Shown here: piece by piece, positions 7,586 through 17,100 of the stretch | Numbering within the stretch: the first letter of the stretch is position 1 | Layout: each line of letters opens with the position of its first letter | DNA from: a virus | Taxonomy: Duplodnaviria; Caudoviricetes | IMG/VR virus record: IMGVR_UViG_3300021957_000014 | Coordinates: 1 to 64,000 of that record | Length of the DNA: 64,000 nt | Strand: one strand, 5' to 3' | Translations under genes and position numbers: made by a program | The notes under the pieces: model-generated | Databases searched by the model: none | Seen by the model: only the letters and a program-made list of their open reading frames with translations | What the model was told of the DNA's origin: nothing

Positions 7586-9315
7586 TATACAAATGGCCCC
7601 CCACCGCCACCGCTACCGCCATTATTAAATGCTTTTGCATAAACAGTTCCAGCACTATAACTAGTATACAATGATGTTTCTCCTGTTTTAGAAACTCTTA
7701 CCACAAAACTAGTACCAGTACTGGTTACTGTTGCTTCTGCTTCACCTTGGTTACTCACAGATGCTGTCCAGTGAAAAAATGCAGCATTTTGTGTAGTCCC
7801 ATTCCATAAATTATAATATGTATTTTTTGCTTTGTATAAATTAGAGGTTGTTGCATACTCATGAGGCGCAAAAGCGATGCCTTTGGAGCTATACCCAAAC
7901 TCTCCAGTAGAATTCCATTTTACTGCCCATGACCACGTACTGTCAATTCCTGCTGGGGAATGATGGTTTATAGTATCTGCATATGTAGGGGCGTGGGAAG
8001 TATCTGTACTCTCTATGCCGTACCATTTGGCCTTAACAGTAGCTGCTGTTGTTCCATTATAAAAGAATTCCATAGCAACTTTGGTATTGCAAGCGCTACC
8101 AGACTGAGTATTGACTTCTTTATTCCAGGCTCTGGTTGGAGAGACTGGGAGCATTGGAGTTGCCCCAGCGTTAGCAAGTGTAGCAGCTGGGTTGCCAGGG
8201 CCCCAAATTGTAGTTCCAGTTGGATTTGAATCATCCCCATCGATACCATCAAATATGTAAGGTCTCTGAGCAATCAAAGGTTGTTGTTGTGATGTAGTTG
8301 CTGGTGTTTGCAAAGAATAAGTAAACGGGTTTCGGCCCTGTCTTGCATACGTAAACGGTGACCTATATTGATAAGTAAACGGTGTTTGTCCATTTGCAAT
8401 GTATGGATACGGTTGTTGAGCACTCTTAATCGTAGGTTGTTGTGCGTCTACAGGATTCCTATATGTGAAAGGAGTTCTCAGTTGATATGTAAACGGAGTC
8501 TGACTATCCACTGGATTCTGATAAGTGAACGGACTTCTATATTGATATATCGCAGGTTGTCTTGCCTCTCTAATATTAGGTTCCTGTGCGCTTACAGGGT
8601 TTCTATAAGTGAACGGAGACTGGTGGTCATAAGTCAATGGACTTCTATGATTGTACGTAAACGGTGACCTATGTTGATATTCTGAAGGTTGACGTGCCTG
8701 TCTAATATTAGGCTCTTGTCCATTCACTGGATTTCTATAGGTGAAAGGTGTTTGACTGTTTCTAATATTAGGTTCTTGTTGACTTCTAATATTTGGTTCT
8801 TGTCCAGCTGCAATGTACGGATACGGCACCTGTGCATCACGTATGTTTGGTTCTTGTGCGTTTACAGGATTCTGATAAGTAAAAGGACTGGGATGCTGAT
8901 AAAACCCAGGCTGTCTTGCATTTGCTATATACGGATATGGTTGTTGTGCAGACTTAGTCTCGTTTGACTGGGCAGCTGCAATGTATGGATATGGTTGTTG
9001 ATGTTGATATATCGCAGGTTGCTGTCCCTGTCTTGCATACGTAAATGGACTTCTATGTTGATAAGTTGTTGGTGTCTGACCTTGTCTTGTATAGGTAAAA
9101 GGTTGACGTGCATCTCTAATATTAGGTTCCTGTGCGCTTACAGGATTGTTGTATATAAATGGAGACCTATACTGATATGTTGATGGTTGTCGACCCGATG
9201 CAGGGCCCTGAACTTCCATTGTTCGAATGTTCGGTTGTTGAGCATTTACAGGGACACGGGCAATGTATGGTTGCTGTACCTCTGTTGCTATATTTACAAA
9301 TAATTCTTCAGACAT
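7585..9315 (-). CDS. Q/P/Y/R-rich modular repeat protein with C-terminal globular domain (predicted 'outgoing strand' plus tip)
   Basis: 576 aa. Same modules over aa ~16-352, then a ~220 aa W/T/S-rich non-repetitive domain ending GGSGGGGG. Confidence 0.85.
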   Translation of the reverse strand: MSEELFVNIATEVQQPYIARVPVNAQQPNIRTMEVQGPASGRQPSTYQYRSPFIYNNPVSAQEPNIRDARQPFTYTRQGQTPTTYQHRSPFTYARQGQQPAIYQHQQPYPYIAAAQSNETKSAQQPYPYIANARQPGFYQHPSPFTYQNPVNAQEPNIRDAQVPYPYIAAGQEPNIRSQQEPNIRNSQTPFTYRNPVNGQEPNIRQARQPSEYQHRSPFTYNHRSPLTYDHQSPFTYRNPVSAQEPNIREARQPAIYQYRSPFTYQNPVDSQTPFTYQLRTPFTYRNPVDAQQPTIKSAQQPYPYIANGQTPFTYQYRSPFTYARQGRNPFTYSLQTPATTSQQQPLIAQRPYIFDGIDGDDSNPTGTTIWGPGNPAATLANAGATPMLPVSPTRAWNKEVNTQSGSACNTKVAMEFFYNGTTAATVKAKWYGIESTDTSHAPTYADTINHHSPAGIDSTWSWAVKWNSTGEFGYSSKGIAFAPHEYATTSNLYKAKNTYYNLWNGTTQNAAFFHWTASVSNQGEAEATVTSTGTSFVVRVSKTGETSLYTSYSAGTVYAKAFNNGGSGGGGGPFV

Positions 9316-9316
9316 A

Positions 9317-10939
9317 TCATATCACAAACCATATGTGCCCAACTTCCGTACTCCCTACAGATGTAGGTGCGCTCGACACTATTTCATAATCCAATTTAAT
9401 TTTATCACCAACACCACTGCCTGAGTGTGTTAACCCATCGCCTGGGTCGGTATCAAATCTCAATGTGTTTCCATCTCCAGTGTACGTTTCGGTAATACCA
9501 GTACCACCCACTGTCAAAGCAGCGACATCATCATCTCCATATAATGGTGGTGCATTTAGTAGAATCTTATCAGATGCATCGTCATAAGATGCAGTAATGT
9601 TTGTATGAGAACTATGGTTTAATAGACCCGATACTTTGTCTTGTGCGTATTCTTGGAAAGATACAGTGGCACCACTTACTTGGAATGTTAAATCACCAGC
9701 AATATCTACATCGCCATCGATGTCAACATTACCACTAATATCTAAAGAACCTGCGTCAAGTTCTCCACTAAGTGTTATGTTTCTGAATCCAGTAATGTCT
9801 TTATTTGAATCTACTGCAACTACTTTACTAGCAATTACATTTCCGTTTGTTAGGTCATCGATTTTTTCTAAATCTGTTTGGTCTATTCTTGCAGCTCCGA
9901 TTACGAATTCACTTCCAGCAATTATGTCTGTAGATGAAGTAATGTCTCCAGTTGTATCAATGTTTCTGAATCCAGTAATATCTTTATTTGAATCTACTGC
10001 AACTACGTTACTAGCAGTAACACTTCCTAGTGTAGTTCCGTCAAGATAGTTAATCTCTGTAGTAGATAAAGTTGCACCGTCTAGTATTTCTAGTTCGGCC
10101 TCATCTACTCTTGCACTTCCGATTACGAATTCACTACCAGCAATTATGTCTGTAGATGAAGTAATGTCTCCACCAGCAGTTACCGTTGAAGTTAAAACTG
10201 CAGTTGTACCACTTAGATTACCGTTGAATATTGTTGAGGTGATAGAACTAAAACCTGTACCCACACCGCCTGTAATCGTTGCTGTTGAATCGGTGAAGGT
10301 TGGTGCAGTGATTGTATGTCCAGTGTCTACTGTAAAGTTTCCATCATGCAATGTTTGACCATACATTGCAATTGTGTTTCCACCACTAAGAGCTGTTACC
10401 CTGTTGGCTGCATCTGCATAGTTACCATTTATAATAACACCACTATCGTTATTATTATAAATTGTATTTGCAGCGGTCTCTGTAAAGAACCCAATTGATT
10501 TAGCACCAATTGTAGATGTTCCTAAGTATGAACCTGTGAATGAGTATACAACAAGTTTATCACCTGCTGATGCACCACTTGTTAGAGATAGTTTGAAATA
10601 AACGTTTCCAGTAACAGAAGATATAGAATAATCTGCACCCTCTAATAATAGAGTAGAATTTCTGAATACTTGGAATCTATCCTTTCTTAATCTAAGTGGA
10701 TTGTCGAAATCGTCAACTTCCATTGTTGTACCCAAACCAAATTCAGTTTGGCCACTTGTACAAGTATAGATTAACTCTTGAAAGAAGAAAGACTTGTCTT
10801 CTAAACTATTCAGAGCATCAATAACTGTTTCTTGATTCTCTGTTCTCAGGCCAGAAATATCACCAACATTGACTGCCAGTTCATTGTACTTCGTTCTAAA
10901 CTCTTCAATAGTTGAGTATGTGTCTACTGTTTTTGCCAT
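9317..10939 (-). CDS. Trimeric fibre protein
   Basis: 540 aa. N-terminus TIEEFRTKYNEL; internal duplication (GDITSSTDIIAGSEFVIG...VAVDSNKDITGFRN twice); C-terminus SSAPTS...GHIWFVI. Confidence 0.8.
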   Translation of the reverse strand: MAKTVDTYSTIEEFRTKYNELAVNVGDISGLRTENQETVIDALNSLEDKSFFFQELIYTCTSGQTEFGLGTTMEVDDFDNPLRLRKDRFQVFRNSTLLLEGADYSISSVTGNVYFKLSLTSGASAGDKLVVYSFTGSYLGTSTIGAKSIGFFTETAANTIYNNNDSGVIINGNYADAANRVTALSGGNTIAMYGQTLHDGNFTVDTGHTITAPTFTDSTATITGGVGTGFSSITSTIFNGNLSGTTAVLTSTVTAGGDITSSTDIIAGSEFVIGSARVDEAELEILDGATLSTTEINYLDGTTLGSVTASNVVAVDSNKDITGFRNIDTTGDITSSTDIIAGSEFVIGAARIDQTDLEKIDDLTNGNVIASKVVAVDSNKDITGFRNITLSGELDAGSLDISGNVDIDGDVDIAGDLTFQVSGATVSFQEYAQDKVSGLLNHSSHTNITASYDDASDKILLNAPPLYGDDDVAALTVGGTGITETYTGDGNTLRFDTDPGDGLTHSGSGVGDKIKLDYEIVSSAPTSVGSTEVGHIWFVI

Positions 10940-11148
10940 TACGTCCTATCCAATAATTGTTGAAGCATTCCTTTCATTTGTGATACTTCAGACTTAAGTG
11001 TGTCTATCTCTTCTCTCTGTGCTAGAAACCTTTGTTTTCTAACTTTATGTAATCTATACTGTTCTACATCTGTATTTATAATAGCATGAGAAGATTCTTC
11101 TCTATAAAGATGGGATTGTCCTTCGACTTTAATACCCATCTTATGCAA
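10939..11148 (-). CDS. Conserved small protein following the DUF4815 gene
   Basis: IKVEG.SHLYR...AIINTD plus coiled-coil tail, in its usual position in marine T4-like phages. Confidence 0.75.
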   Translation of the reverse strand: MHKMGIKVEGQSHLYREESSHAIINTDVEQYRLHKVRKQRFLAQREEIDTLKSEVSQMKGMLQQLLDRT

Positions 11149-14100
11149 GTGCCATACATCTAAGTGCAGTTACCGCTGGTACTATAGATGTACTTGTTCC
11201 TTGACCTACTATTTTAACCACAAACCCACTAAACTCGGGTAAATCGTTTACAGTAAACTCGTACTCTTTAAAGTTCCTTGCATCTGACTCTGTAACGACA
11301 TCGGGTGAACCATCGATGTTGAAATATTCAAAACCAACATCATCGAGTAAAGTTTCTTCATCATTCTTGATAATTTTATACATCAATTTAAGTTCAGTTG
11401 TTGGTGGTCTAAAGATATCTGCAATAACTTTTAAAGATGTTGCTGGAGTCTTAAGATTAACCTTTCTTGTAACATATACCATTGCATTATTATCACCCTC
11501 TGCTTCTGTTGATGGAATATATCCTGTACCAACTGGAAGGGATTTTGTGGTACCGTTGTTTTTAGTACCATCTGCACTGTCTATGTTGTTAATTCTGTTT
11601 GCAATACCTAGACAACCCGCTGCTTGAACATCAATCATAGGTGATATATTAGGGTTGAATGACATTAACTGTAACTGTAAGTCAAATGATTTACTGGATG
11701 ACATCTCTCTAGATTCATTTTCGGGTGAAGCTACGATGGATGGTGAACCAAAGAATACATTATCATTCAATGTTACAAATCTGTTTGCAGTTCTTCTTGT
11801 ATATGCACCCCCATCAATAATACCTTCGGGTGAATATTGAGGTGTTGTAAGAACGTTTGCACTAATGATTGTCCCTTTCAAGTTAACTGAAGGAATCATT
11901 GTGTGCAATGAATCAAAGTAGTAGTTTCTTGTTGATGTTACATTCGAACCACCACCTGTTGTTGTTTCGAATGCATAAGAACTTGCAAATGAGTATCCTG
12001 CTAGAGATGGAGTAAATCTAAATGAATCTATTCCTCTATCTGCAAGAGTGCTATGTAATGCATTGATTACTTCAATAGGACATCCACCTAAAGTGTCTTC
12101 GGGTGTTCCTAGTATTACACTTACATCTGCATTTGAACTTCCAATGTTTGTAATTGTAATGTTATCGGCTGCAGTATAACCCTGTCCACATTTGAGAATG
12201 TTTACATCTGTAATTGCACCACTTGATATGATGACTTCACACTTGATTCCACTACCTGTTCCACCACTATGGGTATCACCTGTACAGTCGATTGTTCCAT
12301 CTGCTGGTAGTGCATCACTACCAATCTGTGAGAAACTTGTTACTACTACCGCAGAATTCTGTTTATCTCCAATAACACCTGCTATTGTTACATTATCTTT
12401 GTTACTAGTATCGTCATACAAACCATGCATGTATGAATACACTTTTAACTTGTTGTCTGCATATGTTTCAATTGGATTAACCTGTAACTTAGCTGCTGGT
12501 AGAGCATCGTTTTCAAAATGCACACTACCAACCTTATCAATCTGATATTTTGCAGACTTTATATCAAACTTAAGGTCATCTGTTTGTTCCGCAGTCCATG
12601 TTGATGCGTTCTGTGATAAGAACAATGAACCAGCGTATGGTTGTCCACTAATAGTTTCTCCAGTTGTTATATCTGTTTCACCCATTCTTGAAATAAATGC
12701 TTCATATTCATTTGAATTAGAATAGATAACAAAACAGTATTCAGTATCTTCTATCAAATGAACTGGAGAGTCAAATGTAAAGGTAGTTTTTAAAGAACCA
12801 TCAGCTGATATATTAATATCATCGGGATTTTTAGTAACATCTGAGAATGGTAGTACTAACTGGCCTGGATATCCATTAACCATGTTTCTGATTTGTACTG
12901 AACAAGGCATGAAAGTATCTTTTGTTGCAAAGTATAAATCTATTGAGGTTAAATCTAATCCACCTACAGTGTCAACTAAGAATGATTGAGCAAGTGGGTC
13001 TCCCCATCCTCTTGGGTTACCACCATTAACTACTTGAACCATAGGTCTACGTAGTTGCAATTCAGGCATCTCTCTTCTATCTTGGATGACCATTACTTGT
13101 GGCACGTGTGGTGGTGTTGGGAATGTTATTACTGGCGGTACAAATACAACCTCTGGCGCTATGTTTGGAACCTCAAATAAATCTAACACACGTCGGCCTT
13201 CTTCCCATGGGTTCTCAATTGGGTCTGGAACTGGTATAACTACTGGGTCTGGCGTTAAAATCGGAGGCCCAGGCACAAAGATAGGCCCTGTTGGGTTTCT
13301 TGGTGGCGGAGTGTTATCAACTGGTATTTCATTAATTGGTCTTGGTGGTAACTCGGGTGCAGTTGTATCGTGACGTTCAGAGTTTAGTCTCTCACCTCTT
13401 TTTGAGAAGTCTCTTGTTGATGAACGGTCTTCTCTAATTACTCTTGCATTTCTTGTAGAGATAACTTCTGTTTGAGATGCTTGTAAGATACCTTGAGCAG
13501 TATATAATGTGGTTCCCTGTGAAGAAGGGTTTGCCATATTATAGAAACTTGATGTAATTCTCAACTCTCTTGTACCTGTTGGGAATCTTTGAACTGCAGT
13601 ATTAGGCAATTCAAAATAAGCTCTTAGTCTTCCATTACCATCTGTTTTAAGGTGAGATGCAGTAGTCGTACCACTATCTTGTGAATAGGCTGCACTGTAA
13701 GGTCTTACATATTTATTTACCATTATGTTATCAAAGTAGAAGTAATGGTTTGAATTTGGTTTCAAGTTGGTTGCATCAATTTCAATAGTCTTTGCACGAA
13801 TGAATGGTATCAAAGACATTGATACTACTCTATCATTTCTTGTTTCTACTAAATCTTCAACAACTGTAGTTGTTACACCAGTTCTTGTTTGAATTTCGGG
13901 TGTATCTGTAATCTCTCTAGTAATCTGTAACCCAGCAACCCATTGTCCACCTTGTAGTGGGTCTCCACTCCATGAACCATTAGAAGTTGCTTGTACTTCT
14001 GTAGATGTAGTAGTAGGTTCTCCGACCCATGTTGTTTGCCATGAGTTCCATACAGTTCCCAATGCATTAGCATTTTCAGCCATTACTGCATCAAAGTTAC

Positions 14101-17100
14101 CCTCTCTGTTTACTGTAACTTCAGGCAGTCTTTCTGTGTCTTGCCAAATATCTGTATCGGGTGATAACTTAATATTACCAATAAATGCAAACACATGATA
14201 GGGGTTAACATTTATTGAACGTGATGCTTTATTTTGGTTCACATAACTAACTTCATCATATGGTAAAGTAATTATATCACCAGTTTTCTGATAGTTTGAT
14301 GATGCACCTTCGTTCTGTGTAACACCAAAGAACTGTGTGAATGACTTAGGTCTTAACATACCCATTCCAGTATCAATAGCACAGTTATAGTCGGGATGGT
14401 TTACATCACCAATCTTGTGACCTCTAAAGTTGTCTACTAAGAAGCCTGACTTATATCTGTCGAAACCATCTGCATCTAAAATTTGTTTTGTTTGAGTATC
14501 CTTTTCTAATAGAGAAAGAGATGTAATTCTTTCAAGGTTAGTAACTCTGTTTTGTATCTTACCGATATCCTTCATGGTATATCGTCTATGGTCGAAGCTT
14601 CTTACTCGTATGTCTTTTAACTTGTTAGTATAAGCTGGGACTCTAATTTCGAACAATTGAATACAGTCGTCTAACCCTGCTGGTTTAGTCGGTGACAATG
14701 CTGGTGTTCCTTGAGATATTTCAAACTTACCTTTTTTATGTAAAAAGATTTTATCAATTCTTGGAACATAGAATGAGATGTCACCTTTAAGAGATGTTCC
14801 ACTAACAGGAACGTCCACTGCGTTAGCATTTGTTTCGGAGATACCAGTTCTTGCACCTAAGAAAGAACGACCAGTCTCGTAACCAAATGGTGCATACACT
14901 GCTCCACTAGTAGAGTTTGATAAGTCAATTGGATTTGATGGGTCTTGTGAATTGTTTGTTCCGAATGTTGTTGTACCAATAATCTGACCTACCACTGGTC
15001 TAAAGTCTAGACAATCTGAAAGTTCAAATGTTCCATCGGGTTCTAAACCACCCAAGTCTACTTTGTTTGGAGAGTAAACTGGAATCTGAGAATAATCGAT
15101 TGCTGAATATGAGGATACATCAAAGAAGTCACCACCACCCGATACTCTGAAGTAATCGAACAATACCATGATTGGGCCGTTAGGTGTTGGTTGCCCAGGC
15201 TTCAATGTCATTTTTGATAAGTCATAAAAACCATCTCTCTGACCATTGTCAAAGAAGTATCTATCTTTAATGTCGGGTGAACCTTGACTAATAGTTGCAC
15301 CTAAAACTCCAACTGCAACGGATGTCTGTCCTACTACTGTTTCACCACCAACGAATGTTGCACCGTCTTTAGATGTATAATACCAATATGATGCATTACC
15401 ACCACCGTTGTTAATGAGTATTGCTCTTGCGCCCGATGTTTGTCCTATGAGTTCTTCATAATTAACAAACGTACCACTTGATGTGGTAATAACACCGTTA
15501 GGTGTGATTGGTGTTCCGTCAACACCTTCGTATACTGCAATAATCTTATGTACGTCTGCAACACCTAATGTGATATCTTTATCATCGTATGCAGTTCCGT
15601 AGAACCCATTTGAAGTTCTAGGACTCCCTACTTTAAGACATCTTGCTTGAGATAATGCTTTACCTCTTGCAGTCGGGTCTGAGATAGTAACTGTGTAAGT
15701 TACATCAATAACTGCATTGTTATTTGATGATGCAACGGTGCATGCCAATGTTTCTGTTGAACCACTTGTAGTTATATTTGGACTCAAGTCTTCGATGTTT
15801 AGTACATCACCAGCTGCATAACCACCTGCTGGTTCTCTTACTGAGATTGCAAAATTGTCTGTGTTTCTTGCACCGAATGTTTCTCCAGCATTAGTAGTGA
15901 TACTGAAACCACCACTGGAAACTAATTTAGTGACCTGTCTTCTTACTGTAACAAAATCTGGGCTGTGTGTTTTAACCCAATCTCTTGGCCATGCATGGAT
16001 GTTTGCAGTTTGGTTTTGGTCAATCAGTTTTGCACGTCTTCGAACTGCATTACCACTGTATGAGTCTGTACCGCCAGAGGTCAAAGTTAAACTTGTTTCT
16101 GTTTCCACTGAAGCAATGGTATTAACTGCACCTGCTTGGTCTAATAGTTGGTCACCTTCTTTTAATTCTTTTATGAACTGAGTTGCAAAACCTGTAACGG
16201 TAGTGCTATTATCCATTGTAATTGTTCCAGCTAGAACTTGGTCTGAATCTAAGAAGACATCTCCAGTAAAGATTTCTCTACCAGTAACGTTTGGTAATTG
16301 GGCAACTGACCTTGCACGGTCAATGTTGTATGCTCTAACTGCAGTATTATTGGCTGCAGTAATTGTTGCATTGCTGGTTTGACCAACTGCTGTTATTGCA
16401 TCATCAGTTATGAATGCACCCTGTACATCATGAACAAATAGTCCTGCTGTGGTACCACTTCCTTCAATGTGATGAACTATAGCACTTGCACCACTTACAC
16501 TACCAGTGACTTTATCACCTGCTGTAAATGTATTTGTCTGTGTTCCAGTAATTTTAGTGAACATCTTGATATCGAACATATACAGATTGAATAATGTATC
16601 TGTACCATAGACATCATTTGTGTCTACACCACTGACATGGTCTACGTTTCTAACTCTTGCAGTACCAATATTTCCAGTTGAAGATAATGATGTAGCATCT
16701 GTGTCTGATATACCTAAAGTTGCTTTTAATCCATCATACAATAGTACTGGATTGTGTGGGTCGATAGTATCCTGTCCAGTTTCATTACCGAACTCGGGTA
16801 GACCATGAGCATTATATACTCGTAATTTGTTTCCTAATCTAATGGGTGCTGATACATTATTTAATGATTCTGTTGTTCTTGCTTTGTTTATGGTTAGAGT
16901 TGTTGTACCAACTTTATCAATCTCATATCCTCTTACATAAGCCTTGCCTGGCGACACCATGAATACAAATTTATCATCGTCTCCACCATTTCCTTTTGCA
17001 TAAAACCCTAAGTTCTCACCAGTATCTAAATGTTGTCTTGTAGATGCAGTGAACTGATTTACAACGAAGTCACCATTTGCATCGAAGGTTCTTCTTGCAA

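Noticed and set aside
6550-9270. DNA repeats considered as a CRISPR array, DGR TR/VR pair or inverted repeat
   Set aside because: Repeats are in-frame coding modules with synonymous variation and no constant repeat-spacer period. No reverse transcriptase or adenine-specific variation is seen, and the complementarity is at the peptide level, not the DNA level.
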